Source of the DNA: an uncultured Candidatus Melainabacteria bacterium
Lineage (GTDB): Bacteria > Cyanobacteriota > Vampirovibrionia > Gastranaerophilales > Gastranaerophilaceae
Direction: 5' to 3'
DNA: 64,000 nt
NCBI GenBank assembly: GCA_947570135.1
Contig: CANOTP010000003.1
Span: 88,197 to 152,196 of the forward strand
Shown here: positions 7,699 through 17,582 of the stretch, piece by piece
Layout of the letters: every line of letters begins with the position of its first letter
Numbering within the stretch: position 1 is the first letter of the stretch
Program-made: the position numbers and the translations under genes
Notes under the pieces: generated by a model
Databases searched by the model: none
What the model was told of the DNA's origin: nothing
The model's input: the letters and a program-made list of their open reading frames with translations, nothing else

Positions 7699-10251
7699 TT
7701 GACTCAGCAAAATATTTTTGATGACGGAAAAATCGTTTCTGTCAATATAAGAGAAGAAATGAAACGTTCATATATCGATTACGCGATGAGTGTAATTGTC
7801 GGTCGTGCATTACCTGATGTCCGAGACGGGTTAAAACCTGTACACAGACGTATACTTTACGCTATGAACGAACTTGGTATGTATCCTGATAAACCGTTTA
7901 AGAAATGTGCGCGTATCGTCGGTGAAGTTTTGGGTAAATATCACCCGCACGGTGACAGTTCTGTTTATGAAGCTTTGGTTCGTATGGCTCAGGACTTTTC
8001 TACCAGATACTTAATGGTTGACGGGCATGGTAATTTTGGTTCTGTTGACGGTGACGGGGCTGCTGCAATGCGTTACACGGAAGCCCGTATGCATAAGATT
8101 ACCCAATCAATGCTTGCTGATATAGATTGTGAAACCGTTGAATTTGAACCGAACTTTGACGGTTCATTACAAGAACCTTCTGTTCTTCCCGTAAGACTTC
8201 CTATGCTGTTGTTAAACGGTGTTTCAGGGATTGCGGTTGGTATGGCAACAAATATTCCTCCGCATAACCTTTGCGAAGTTGTTGACGGTACTATTGCTTT
8301 GATTGATAATCCTAAGATTACTGTTGCTGAACTTATGGAACACATTAAAGGCCCTGATTTCCCTACGGCTGCTACAATTATCGGCTTGAATGATATTAAA
8401 CAGGCTTACGAAACAGGCAGAGGTTCGATTAAGATGTCTGCTGTTGCAGGGTTTGAAGAAATCGCAGGTGGCGGCGGACGCCAATCAAGAACGGCAATCG
8501 TTGTTACCGAAATCCCTTATCAGGTTAACAAGGCAATGCTAATCGAAAAAATTGCCGATCTTGTTAAAGATCAAAGGATTACGGGAATTTCCGATATTCG
8601 CGACGAATCTGACCGTGAAGGTATGAGAATCGTTATTGAGCTTAAACGTGACGCTAAGCCTGATGTTGTTAAAAATAACTTGTTTAAATATACCCAGCTT
8701 GCTACAACTTTCGGGGTTAACATGGTTGCGTTATGCGGTAAACAACCTCGTTTGATGAACTTGTACGAAGTATTAAACGAGTTTGTTGAACACAGAATTG
8801 AAATCGTTACAAGAAGAACTATCTTCTTCTTGAAAAAAGCTAAGATTAGAGCACATATCTTAGCAGGTTTGATTATTGCTTTAGGTTCAATTGATGAAGT
8901 TATCGAACTTATCAAGAAGTCTAAAACAACAGATGATGCCCGCGAAGGTTTGATGAGCAGATTCGGACTTGACGTTGATCAATCAAACGCAATTTTAGAA
9001 ATGCAATTAAGACGTTTGACAGGCTTAGAACAAGACAAAGTTAAGGCTGAATATGACGAATTGTTGAAAAAGATTGCAGAATACGAATCAATCCTTGCAA
9101 GCCGTCAAAAAATTCTTGACATTATTAAAGCAGAATTACTGGAAGATAAAGAAAAATACGGTGATGATAGAAAAACTCAAATCTTACCTGAACAAGGTGA
9201 AGTTACTATTGAAGATTTGACACCGAATACTCCAATGGCAGTATTTATTACTCACCAAGGATATTTGAAACGTATTTCACTTGACACATTTGAGCGTCAA
9301 AACCGTGCAACCCGCGGTAAATCAGGAATGAAGACAAAAGATGATGATGATATTCAACACTTCTTCACTGCAATGATGCATGATAAAGTATTGTTCTTCT
9401 CATCAAAAGGTACTGTTTACAGCCTGAATGTTTATGATTTTCCTGAAGGCGGACGTCAGGCAAAAGGCTTGCCGATAGTAAACGTTTTACCTATCGATCA
9501 GGATGAAAAGATTACGGCAGTAGTTCCTGTAAGTTCATTCTCTAAAGATTTGAACCTTATCATGTTGACTAAAAAAGGTAATATTAAACGTATTGAACTT
9601 GATAACTTCTCAAATATCAGACGTAACGGTATTATTGCAATCGGTTTGGATGAAGGTGACAGCTTATGCTGGGTAAAACTTGCAACAGCAAAAGATGAAA
9701 TCATTATCGGTACATCTTGCGGTATGGCAATAAGATTCCCTATTCAGGATTTAAGACCGTTAGGTAGAAGTGCAAGAGGTGTTATCTCTATGAAATTACG
9801 CTCTGGTGATGAAATCGTAGGATGCGACATTGTTCCGCAGGATTACGATGCTGATTTGCTTGTTGTAACTTCTGACGGATTCGGTAAACGTACAAAATTA
9901 TCAGAATTCAGAAGCCAAAACAGAGGCGGACTTGGCTTGATTGCAACCAAGTTTAAATCAAGTGCGTCAAGACTTGTGGCATTAACTATCGTAAGAGATT
10001 CAGATGATATAATGATGGTTACCGCAAACGGTGTTGTAACAAGACTGAATGCAGGTCAAATTTCACAGCAGGGTCGTCCTGCAACTGGGGTAAGAGCTCA
10101 AAACCTTAACGATAATGATGTGGTTTGCTCGGTTAATAAAATTATTAACCCTGATGAAGATGATGTAACAATAAAAGTTACACCGACAGAGCCTGCGGCA
10201 CCAACGGAAGATGTACAGCAAACAAGCTTGCTTGAAGGGCAGGGAGAATAA
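7699..10251 (+). CDS. gyrA: DNA gyrase subunit A
   Basis: 850-aa ORF with GyrA hallmarks: [23 protein letters not shown], the active-site region [10 protein letters not shown], and C-terminal beta-pinwheel repeats. Confidence 0.97.
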   Translation: MTQQNIFDDGKIVSVNIREEMKRSYIDYAMSVIVGRALPDVRDGLKPVHRRILYAMNELGMYPDKPFKKCARIVGEVLGKYHPHGDSSVYEALVRMAQDFSTRYLMVDGHGNFGSVDGDGAAAMRYTEARMHKITQSMLADIDCETVEFEPNFDGSLQEPSVLPVRLPMLLLNGVSGIAVGMATNIPPHNLCEVVDGTIALIDNPKITVAELMEHIKGPDFPTAATIIGLNDIKQAYETGRGSIKMSAVAGFEEIAGGGGRQSRTAIVVTEIPYQVNKAMLIEKIADLVKDQRITGISDIRDESDREGMRIVIELKRDAKPDVVKNNLFKYTQLATTFGVNMVALCGKQPRLMNLYEVLNEFVEHRIEIVTRRTIFFLKKAKIRAHILAGLIIALGSIDEVIELIKKSKTTDDAREGLMSRFGLDVDQSNAILEMQLRRLTGLEQDKVKAEYDELLKKIAEYESILASRQKILDIIKAELLEDKEKYGDDRKTQILPEQGEVTIEDLTPNTPMAVFITHQGYLKRISLDTFERQNRATRGKSGMKTKDDDDIQHFFTAMMHDKVLFFSSKGTVYSLNVYDFPEGGRQAKGLPIVNVLPIDQDEKITAVVPVSSFSKDLNLIMLTKKGNIKRIELDNFSNIRRNGIIAIGLDEGDSLCWVKLATAKDEIIIGTSCGMAIRFPIQDLRPLGRSARGVISMKLRSGDEIVGCDIVPQDYDADLLVVTSDGFGKRTKLSEFRSQNRGGLGLIATKFKSSASRLVALTIVRDSDDIMMVTANGVVTRLNAGQISQQGRPATGVRAQNLNDNDVVCSVNKIINPDEDDVTIKVTPTEPAAPTEDVQQTSLLEGQGE

Positions 10252-10261
10252 AATTTGAAAA

Positions 10262-10294
10262 GACGGAGATTTAAAACATCTCCGCCGATTTTTT
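10262..10294 (+). terminator. Possible intrinsic terminator after gyrA
   Basis: Hairpin CGGAGAT-N7-ATCTCCG followed by CCGATTTTTT. The T-run is offset from the stem by 4 nt. Confidence 0.4.
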
Positions 10295-10950
10295 ACCAAG
10301 GATAACTTTCATCAATTATCCAGTCTGCGCGCCTTATCTTTTCTGCACAACAAAAACCCGAGTCTGTTTTTTTATTGCATTGAGTTTTTATTTCATCATC
10401 TGTTAAATCTTTGCATAACGGGTAAATACTTCCGCCTTTGGTTCCATCATTTGTTCTGGTTAGTATGAAAACGTCTGATCCTAAGATGTTTTGGTCCTGT
10501 TGATCCGTTTATGTCAACTATGATGTTTGGGTTATCTTTGTAGTGTTCCATATATCTGCCCTCGGGGAATATTACGTATAAAAATCCGTCAGGTGTCTGG
10601 AATGTTGTTCTCGAACCTGTATCGACAATTATAGTGTTAACAAGAGTTTTATTTTTTGTGTAAAATGGCTTTTCTGATTTATATCCGCAAGTCATGTAAT
10701 TCTCACAATATGTTGCAACTTTTATATACGGTGCCCAGTATGTGTTAAAATATTGATGATTACTAATGATTTTTTCAGGTTCGCCGACTTCTTCAAATGA
10801 TAATCTGTATGCTTGATTTAATATGGAGATAGATTTTTGTAACTTTGTCACTGTCGCTTTTTTTTGGTGGTTTGTTATCAGTGTCGGAATAGTCATTGCA
10901 GCAACAACACCAATAATTCCGAGAGTAATTAATACTTCCGCTAATGTGAT
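10293..10950 (-). pseudogene. Prepilin-like gene, disrupted (internal frameshift, no canonical start codon)
   Basis: Own translation gives (ATC)-TLAEVLITLGIIGVVAAMTIPTLITNHQKK..IVDINGSTGPKHL. A +1 shift near 10478-10486 is then needed to read GSDVFILTRTNDG..CNKKTDSGFCCAEKIRRADWIIDESYPW*, which is the family C-terminus. The track shows only the 10447-10896 piece. Upstream of TLAE the frame has a stop, then GEE-ATC, with no ATG/GTG/TTG. Confidence 0.7.
10858..10865 (-). repeat. A8 homopolymer in coding strand (HQKK codons) of pilin pseudogene
   Basis: T8 on the plus strand; in frame here. It occupies the same position as the A8 tract in paralogue 33603-34270. Confidence 0.75.
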
Positions 10951-11057
10951 CTCTTCTCCTTATATTATCGTTCAAATACGACAACTATTAATTAAATACA
11001 ATCAATAACATAAAGTATTATATATAAAAAGTCAATAAAAGTTATAATCATTCTATT

Positions 11058-11270
11058 ATGAATGAAATTAAGGCAAAAATTAAAATGCTTGTTATATCCA
11101 GGGGTATGACATTAAAATCGCTGGCACAACAATTAAGCGCGTTGACAGGGGAAGAATATTCTTATAACAGTCTTTTGGGTAAGTTAAATCGCGAAAGTTT
11201 GTCGTTAAAAGAAGCAGGATATATTGCTAAAATTTTGGATTATAAAATAGAATTTATTAGTATAAAATAA
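11058..11270 (+). CDS. Small HTH-like protein (non-XRE 'KLNR' type), divergent from pilin pseudogene 10293
   Basis: 70-aa ORF: MTLKSLAQQLSALTGEEYSYNSLLGKLNRESLSLKEAGYIAKILDYKIEF. It is a paralogue of 14275-14481. The pattern resembles small phage-type Cro-like proteins; the family is not firmly identified. Confidence 0.55.
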   Translation: MNEIKAKIKMLVISRGMTLKSLAQQLSALTGEEYSYNSLLGKLNRESLSLKEAGYIAKILDYKIEFISIK

Positions 11271-11326
11271 AGAAAAAAAGTATGAAAAATGAAGCTATAG
11301 CTAGAATTTCGGGGAGGGTAACTTTT

Positions 11327-11543
11327 ATGGCTCCTTAGGATTTACTCTGGCGGAGGTTCTTATTACTCTGGGGATTACGGTTGGGGAGTTAATATTATAA
11401 CTTTTACAATAGCAAAAGGTGTATGGGTTGAAAAGACGAGAGCTGAGGTGGAACAAAACTGTAACACGGGTAACGGTTACTGGTGTTTGCAGAAGGTAAA
11501 AAACGGCAGTTGGTCGATAAGTGAAAAATTTTTTAAAAGGTAA
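11327..11543 (+). pseudogene. Prepilin-like gene remnant (frameshifted leader, large internal deletion)
   Basis: ATG GCT CCT TAG is followed out of frame by GFTLAEVLITLGITVGELIL*. Downstream, the fragment ..EVEQNCNTGNGYWCLQKVKNGSWSISEKFFKR* matches the C-terminus of 54626-55342 (EVESNCLRGDGYYCLQYLVTHGWEIS). Confidence 0.6.
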
Positions 11544-11611
11544 TATTTTCTTTACGCACAGGCTGATTTATGCTAAGATAATTTGGCATAGTTTATTAAG
11601 GAGAGAAAAAC

Positions 11612-11854
11612 ATGGCAGATGCAAAAATTTTAGCTACTATTGAAAGAAGTGATACCGAACAATTACAAATTTCCGTTAGCGAATACAAAGGTAGAAGTTA
11701 TTTAAATATGAGAATATTTTACACCACAGATGAAGGTGCAACATGGCTGCCTACAAAAAAAGGTGTAACTTTTTCACCTGACCAGTTGGATTTGTTAACA
11801 GAAGCTATTGAAGAAGCAAAACAAGAATTTATGGCGGCAGAAGCCGAGGGGTAA
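11612..11854 (+). CDS. PC4/YdbC-like ssDNA-binding protein
   Basis: 80-aa ORF: ..LQISVSEYKGRSYLNMRIFYTTDEGATWLPTKKGVTFSPDQL.. This fits the bacterial PC4 (transcriptional coactivator p15) fold pattern. Confidence 0.55.
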   Translation: MADAKILATIERSDTEQLQISVSEYKGRSYLNMRIFYTTDEGATWLPTKKGVTFSPDQLDLLTEAIEEAKQEFMAAEAEG

Positions 11855-11863
11855 ATATACAAG

Positions 11864-11960
11864 GTCACTCTGAACTTGATTCAGAGTCTGTCAATTTTAA
11901 TGAAATCCCTTACGGGACAAATTGACATTGATAGATTCCGTGTCAAGCACGGAATGACGG
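11864..11960 (+). repeat. Hairpin-rich ~97-bp repeat element, copy A (three stem-loops)
   Basis: Three stems: ACTCTGAA/TTCAGAGT, TGTCAATT..(TCCC-TTAC-GGGA)..AATTGACA, and ATTCCGTG/CACGGAAT. It shares the blocks GTCACTC, GAGTCTGTCAAT, AATCCCTTACGGGA and CATTGATAGATTC with the copy at 50264-50342. Confidence 0.55.
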
Positions 11961-11970
11961 TGAATTTGTT

Positions 11971-14280
11971 ATGACAGAAGAAATCGTACAAACAAATTTA
12001 TTTGAGGTTCCTGCTCGCAAGCTTACACTAAAGCGTCGGGAAGCAAAGTTTGAGGATAACGGGGAGAATATGACTCCTCGTTATGCTGTTTGTTTGGTTA
12101 ATGTTAAAGCATTAGGTGTAAAGACATTCAGTTACCTTATTCCGCCTGATATGAGTGATAAAATCAAAATCGGTCAGGCACTTTTGGTACCTTTCGGGCG
12201 TCAGGGACTTATTAATGCTTTTTGTGTTGGGTTTTCTGATTATTTACCGCCTGAGATTAAGGCAAAACGGGTCAGTAAGATTTTAGACGAAACTCCTTTG
12301 TTTTCTGTTGAATACTTAAAACTTCTTGAATGGGTCGCAAATTATTATTGTACGGATTTGATAACCGTTCTAAATGCCGCAATTCCGTTAAAACTTATTG
12401 AAAAATCACTAAAAACCGAGCAAAGTATAGAATTTGTCGGCACAGACGGCGCTACAAAGCGTCAGTTACAGGTTTTGGAATTGCTACAGTCTCAAGGAAA
12501 AATGCTTTTAATTGAGTTTGAACGCTTAGCAAAAACAACTCGTGCAACGATTAAAAAACTTGAGGCTTTAGGTTGTGTAAAACTGACAGAAGAACAGGTT
12601 TACCGCAATCCTTTGGATATACTTAAAATCGATAAAAAAGAAGATTTGTTTGAACTTTCTGAAACCCAGCAGGCTGTTTATGAGGGAATCTCAAAACAAA
12701 TAGAAGATGAGATTTGCCCCCAAATACTGTTACACGGAATCACTGCAAGCGGAAAGACAGAAGTATACTTTAAACTGATTGATGATACCATAAAATCAGG
12801 GAAAAATGTATTGTTTTTAGCACCTGAAATTGCACTGGCTTCCCAATTAACCAAGCGTTTGGCACGAAAATTCGGAACCCATGATGTTGCGATTTGGCAC
12901 AGCAGTATCTCGGAAGGCGAGCGGTACGATGTTTGGCAAAAACTTTATAAAAACGAAATTAAAATTCTGGCAGGAGCTCGTTCGGCAGTTTTTGCCCCGC
13001 TGCAAAATATCGGACTTATTATAATTGATGAAGAGCATGAAGGTGCTTACAAACAAACTTCTCCTGCACCACGTTATGATGCGCGTTTGGTTGCAAGAAA
13101 GTTGTCTGAATTTAACTCTTGTCCGCTGATTTTAGGTTCTGCGACTCCTGATATTTCAAGTTATTATCGTGCGGTTAACTCAAATCATTTGTATGAGATG
13201 TTAAAGCGCTATAATAACGCGAAAGTCGCACCTGTAACCGTTATTAATATGCAGGAGTATGGCAGAGCGGCTTATAGAAGTTTAATTTCAAAACCTTTGC
13301 AGGTTGCGATAAAAGAAACATTAGATAATAAACAACAAGTAATTTTGTTGATAAATCGCCGCGGTTTTTCAACATATACCCAGTGTCAGGGCTGCGGACA
13401 GGTTATTGAGTGTCCGAATTGTGCGATTCCGATGATTTGGCATGCTAAAGATAATATGCTCAAATGCCATTATTGTAACCATGTTGAATATTTCCCCGAT
13501 GTTTGTCCGAATTGTGGCTCTGATGCGATTAAAACCTCAGGTACGGGAACCCAGAAGGTTGAACAGTATATCAAAGATTTGTTCCAAGGGTATAATGTTG
13601 AGCGTATTGATAGTGATGTTTTGGTTAGAAAAGGCGAACACATAAGGCTTTTAGAGCGATTCCAAAATGGCGAAATTGATATTCTGGTCGGCACCCAAAT
13701 GATTGCAAAAGGCTTGGATAACCCGAATGTAACATTAGTTGGTGTAATCTCGGCTGACGCAAGTTTCAATTTACCTGATTTTAGAGCATCAGAGCGCGGT
13801 TTTCAGTTATTAACCCAGGTTGCGGGACGTGCGGGACGCGGAGAGTTTAAAGGTCGGGTATTATTTCAGACTTATAACCCTGAATATTATGCGCTTGAAA
13901 GTGCAAAATCTCAGAATTATTTGGAGTTTTACAAAAAAGAAATCGTATCGCGCGAGGATTTTGATTACCCGCCGTTTAGCCAGATTATAAGACTTATATT
14001 AAGTTCACAAAATAATTTTCGTGCTGAAAAAGCAGCACAGGAAATTGCCCTAAGGCTTTGTACTATGATTGAAAAGTTCGGGTTTGGCGAAAGATTAGAG
14101 GTTCTTGGTCCGACTCCGTGCGTGATTGAGCGGATAAACGGGTATTACAGGTTCCAGATTTTAATAAAAAATAAATTGGAAGATAAAGGACATCAGTTTG
14201 TATCAAGCTTTTTGAACAAAATCACGGCACCAAAAGACATCAAAATAACAATCGATGTTGACCCGCTGGATATATTATAA
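11971..14280 (+). CDS. priA: Primosomal protein N' (replication restart helicase PriA)
   Basis: 769-aa ORF with Walker A GITASGKTEVY, DEEH, a Cys-rich zinc insertion (CQGCG..CPNC..C..C..CPNCGS) and helicase motif VI. Confidence 0.95.
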   Translation: MTEEIVQTNLFEVPARKLTLKRREAKFEDNGENMTPRYAVCLVNVKALGVKTFSYLIPPDMSDKIKIGQALLVPFGRQGLINAFCVGFSDYLPPEIKAKRVSKILDETPLFSVEYLKLLEWVANYYCTDLITVLNAAIPLKLIEKSLKTEQSIEFVGTDGATKRQLQVLELLQSQGKMLLIEFERLAKTTRATIKKLEALGCVKLTEEQVYRNPLDILKIDKKEDLFELSETQQAVYEGISKQIEDEICPQILLHGITASGKTEVYFKLIDDTIKSGKNVLFLAPEIALASQLTKRLARKFGTHDVAIWHSSISEGERYDVWQKLYKNEIKILAGARSAVFAPLQNIGLIIIDEEHEGAYKQTSPAPRYDARLVARKLSEFNSCPLILGSATPDISSYYRAVNSNHLYEMLKRYNNAKVAPVTVINMQEYGRAAYRSLISKPLQVAIKETLDNKQQVILLINRRGFSTYTQCQGCGQVIECPNCAIPMIWHAKDNMLKCHYCNHVEYFPDVCPNCGSDAIKTSGTGTQKVEQYIKDLFQGYNVERIDSDVLVRKGEHIRLLERFQNGEIDILVGTQMIAKGLDNPNVTLVGVISADASFNLPDFRASERGFQLLTQVAGRAGRGEFKGRVLFQTYNPEYYALESAKSQNYLEFYKKEIVSREDFDYPPFSQIIRLILSSQNNFRAEKAAQEIALRLCTMIEKFGFGERLEVLGPTPCVIERINGYYRFQILIKNKLEDKGHQFVSSFLNKITAPKDIKITIDVDPLDIL

Positions 14281-14481
14281 TTCTTTAAACTCAATTTTAT
14301 AACCTAAGATATCAGCAATATGTTGGCATTCTGTAAATGAAATAGTGTCCCTGTTTAGTTTTCCATATATTTTTGCAGGAGTATATGTTTTATTTGTCTT
14401 TTTTGTTAAATGTTTTGCTAATTCTTCTACGCTCATGTGTTTTAAAGTCAGCAATATCTTTATTTGAGTTTTTATATCCAT
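14275..14481 (-). CDS. Small HTH-like protein ('KLNR' type), paralogue of 11058-11270
   Basis: 68-aa ORF: MSVEELAKHLTKKTNKTYTPAKIYGKLNRDTISFTECQHIADILGYKIEF. It overlaps the priA 3' end by 6 nt (convergent). Confidence 0.55.
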   Translation of the reverse strand: MDIKTQIKILLTLKHMSVEELAKHLTKKTNKTYTPAKIYGKLNRDTISFTECQHIADILGYKIEFKEL

Positions 14482-14500
14482 AATTTAATTATACTAATAT

Positions 14501-14528
14501 TTGACAAATTTTTCTCTTATTGTATAAT
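14501..14528 (+). promoter_or_regulatory. Candidate sigma70-type promoter for 14605-14937
   Basis: TTGACA (14501-14506), a 16-nt spacer, then TATAAT (14523-14528). The downstream gene has an AAGGAG RBS. Confidence 0.45.
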
Positions 14529-14604
14529 ATGTATTGAATATAATAATAATTATCGAATACGATAAAATGATTGCGAAAATTTATAAGAAAAAAGGAGAAA
14601 ACAA

Positions 14605-14937
14605 ATGGACAAAGAAGACGGAATAAGATTAGATGAGTTAGGAGATTATCTTAAAAATGTTCAAATGAATTATTTTGCTGATTATTTCTATAATAAAAAT
14701 ATTACTGAGGCTGTATTTGAAAGGTTCAAGCATGCAGGTATGAAACTGGTATATCTGCATCTTGAATTTATGTTTCTTAATCATTGTATAAATTTTTATC
14801 AAAACAGAGGAGAAATGTTTAATGCATTACCTGAAAATGAGCAAAAAAAGATAGAAGAACTCAATACAATTGTTGAGTATATTTATGATGATACCTCTGA
14901 CAAAATGCAAATGATATATTCTGTGTTGACGAAATAG
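14605..14937 (+). CDS. Hypothetical protein
   Basis: 110-aa ORF with a good RBS, divergent from HTH 14275. No family recognised. Confidence 0.45.
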   Translation: MDKEDGIRLDELGDYLKNVQMNYFADYFYNKNITEAVFERFKHAGMKLVYLHLEFMFLNHCINFYQNRGEMFNALPENEQKKIEELNTIVEYIYDDTSDKMQMIYSVLTK

Positions 14938-14951
14938 AAATAAATTTACCC

Positions 14952-17495
14952 CTAAAACTTTTTCAGTTTCGCGTAAGAGGCGTCCATGGCTTTTTTGCCG
15001 AGTTTGCCAAAGTCGATTGTATACATTACGCTTTCGCCGATTGTCATTACATCTGTTATGTGCCCGACGCCCATTTGTTCGTGGAAAACACGCTGACCGA
15101 CAGAGTAAACATCATCTAAGACAGGTGCTTGGTTGCGCTCACGCTCTTTTTGTTCAGCCTCAATTCTTTCTGCTTCTTGTTTTCTGCGGCGCTCATCTGC
15201 CATTCGTTTAATCGCATTGTCTTGGAAAAATGCCGCAATTTTTTCTTCTTCACGTTTTTTGTTTATGGCAGATTTTACTAAAATCGTGCGTTGCGGAGTT
15301 CTGTTACTTGCAGGTTTTTGGTAGCTTGAACGGTTGTAGTTTCCGTAGCTGCTGTGCGAAGATGAATTAGCCGAACTTGAAGAAGATGAAGATGACGCAA
15401 GTCCGCGGCGTTGCGGTGCGACAAAGTTTGCCCCAAATCCGTTTGATGGTTTAACGTATCCGTCAGAATCGCTTTGAGCTTTAGCTTTTGTAACAGCACT
15501 TCTGAAGGTTGAAGCTCCGCGTGAGCCGCCCATTGATTCGGACGATTCAATCAGATTTTGCGGAATTTCTTCAATAAAGCGTGAAGGGTTGTAGTATCTG
15601 TATTCACCCCAGGTTTGGCGGCGTTTTGCTGATACTAAGTATAGTTTTTCTTCCGCGCGGGTTACGCCAACATACATCAAGCGGCGTTCTTCTTCGACTT
15701 CCGAGTCGCTTTGAAGCGTTCTTTGGCTCGGGAAGATTCCTTCATCCATTCCTGCGATAAATACTGTCGGAAATTCAAGCCCTTTTGCCGCGTGAAGTGT
15801 CATCAGGGTTACGTTATTTGATTCGTTTTCCATTGAGTCTAAGTCTGAAACAAGTGCGACTTGTTGCAAAAATTCACCCAGAACGTTTCCTTCTTCTTCA
15901 GGAACAAATTCTTCTGCCACGTTTACAAGTTCCTGTAAGTTATTTATATCATCCTGAAAATCAGGGTCAGTTGCGGCTTTTGCTTGAAGTTCGGCAAGAT
16001 ATCCCGATTTTTCGATTACAAGAGTTACAAATTCTTTCAGTGTGTAAGAATTTTGTGCATCTTTAAATTTTTGGATAAGTGTTGCAAAATCTTTCAATTT
16101 TGAACGTGTTTTTGGTGCGATTGGTGAATCATCACAGATTTTTATCGCCTCATAAAGGCTTATATCTTTTTCGTTTGCAAAATCAGCAAGGTTTTTAACC
16201 GTAGTATCGCCGATTCCGCGTTTCGGGATATTGATTACGCGGCGCAAACTTTGAGAATCGTCTGTGTTATTGATTAATTTTAAATAGCAAAGAACGGTTT
16301 TAACTTCCGCGCGGTCGTAGAATTTTGTACCGCCGTAGATTCTATACGGAACACCTGTTGCCATGCAGGCTTCTTCAAGCGCACGAGATTGGTTGTTTGT
16401 TCTATACAGGATTGCGAATTGGTTAAAGTTTCCGCGGGCAGTGCGTCTGATGTTTGCGATGATATAATTTGCTTCGTCAGCTTCATCATCTGCTATATAG
16501 TAGCTTAACTTTTCGCCTTCACCTTTATTTGAATAAAGAACCTTATCAACACGTTCGTTGTTGTTTTCGATAACTGCGTTTGCCGCGTTCAGAATATGCG
16601 CGGTTGAACGGTAGTTTTGTTCAAGTTTTATAAGTTTTGTTTTCGGATAATCCTTTTGGAAGTTCATAATGATTGTGTAATCAGCGCCGCGCCAAGAGTA
16701 AATTGATTGGTCGACATCACCTACAACACACAGTGAACGCTCATCGGGAATTTCTTTTGAAAGGTTTGTATAAAGCATGTTAACCAAGTTATATTGAGCC
16801 AAGTTAGTATCCTGGTACTCATCGACCATAATATGTTGGAATCTGTCGTAATACTGCTGTCTGACTTCCTCGTTTTGTTCTAACAGTTTAACTGTTAACA
16901 TCAACATATCGTCAAAGTCGATTGCATTATTGTTATTTAGTGCTTTTTCGTATTCTTCATAAATGGAGGCAATCCTTTGTGATTTAAAATCTCTTGCGTA
17001 TGTTGCAAATGTTGTAGCATCCTGCATTTTATTTTTCGCGTTTGAGATTATTGATTTGACAAGTTTTGTCGGGTAAATTTTGTCATCAAGGTTAAGCTTT
17101 TTGACAGCCCTTGTAATAATTTGATTAGTGTCCGAATCATCGTAGATTGTGAAGTTCTTGTCTAGGTTTTTACCTGTTGCAGTGTTATATTTGTCAATAT
17201 TTTCGCGCAAAATTCTTCCGCAGATGCCGTGGAAGGTTCCCACCCACATATACTTAACCGTGTCTTCGCCGATAATTTTGCCGATACGTTCTTTCATTTC
17301 CTTTGCGGCTTTATTGGTAAATGTTACGGCTAAGATGTTTCTCGGTCTTACGCCCTGACGAATCATGTATGCAATTCTTGTTGTTAAAACTTTGGTTTTA
17401 CCTGAGCCTGCACCCGCTAATATTAATAACGGTCCTTTTGTTGTCTGTACTGCTTCTTGTTGTTCCTTATTAAGATTTTCTAATAGATTTTCCAT
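14952..17495 (-). CDS. pcrA: ATP-dependent DNA helicase PcrA/UvrD family
   Basis: SF1 motifs are present: AGAGSGKT, DEYQDT, and QNYRST. A C-terminal Tudor-like tail (VGQRVFHEQMGVGHITDV) follows a Ser/Asn-rich low-complexity linker. The start is taken at MENLLENLNKEQ (ATG 17495) rather than the track's upstream start at 17537. Confidence 0.93.
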   Translation of the reverse strand: MENLLENLNKEQQEAVQTTKGPLLILAGAGSGKTKVLTTRIAYMIRQGVRPRNILAVTFTNKAAKEMKERIGKIIGEDTVKYMWVGTFHGICGRILRENIDKYNTATGKNLDKNFTIYDDSDTNQIITRAVKKLNLDDKIYPTKLVKSIISNAKNKMQDATTFATYARDFKSQRIASIYEEYEKALNNNNAIDFDDMLMLTVKLLEQNEEVRQQYYDRFQHIMVDEYQDTNLAQYNLVNMLYTNLSKEIPDERSLCVVGDVDQSIYSWRGADYTIIMNFQKDYPKTKLIKLEQNYRSTAHILNAANAVIENNNERVDKVLYSNKGEGEKLSYYIADDEADEANYIIANIRRTARGNFNQFAILYRTNNQSRALEEACMATGVPYRIYGGTKFYDRAEVKTVLCYLKLINNTDDSQSLRRVINIPKRGIGDTTVKNLADFANEKDISLYEAIKICDDSPIAPKTRSKLKDFATLIQKFKDAQNSYTLKEFVTLVIEKSGYLAELQAKAATDPDFQDDINNLQELVNVAEEFVPEEEGNVLGEFLQQVALVSDLDSMENESNNVTLMTLHAAKGLEFPTVFIAGMDEGIFPSQRTLQSDSEVEEERRLMYVGVTRAEEKLYLVSAKRRQTWGEYRYYNPSRFIEEIPQNLIESSESMGGSRGASTFRSAVTKAKAQSDSDGYVKPSNGFGANFVAPQRRGLASSSSSSSSANSSSHSSYGNYNRSSYQKPASNRTPQRTILVKSAINKKREEEKIAAFFQDNAIKRMADERRRKQEAERIEAEQKERERNQAPVLDDVYSVGQRVFHEQMGVGHITDVMTIGESVMYTIDFGKLGKKAMDASYAKLKKF

Positions 17496-17582
17496 GACCT
17501 CTTCCCAAATCAAAAAAATTATGCTATAATACAGCATAGTTTAAAAATGTAATTAATGCAATCGAAAAGGTAAAAGAAAAAA

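Noticed and set aside
11864-11960. The three-hairpin element between the PC4-like gene and priA was considered as a tRNA or tRNA-like gene.
   Set aside because: There is no GTTCRANYC T-loop and no acceptor stem. The arms are 8 bp (tRNA arms are 4-7 bp) and the spacing does not fit a cloverleaf. A second copy inside a pilin gene points to a repeat element instead.
15290-15560. The Ser/Asn-rich low-complexity insertion and the Arg/Glu-rich segment in the PcrA C-terminal region were considered as a possible fusion or foreign insertion.
   Set aside because: PcrA/UvrD homologues commonly have a disordered linker before the C-terminal Tudor-like domain. The reading frame is continuous and the flanking domains are canonical.
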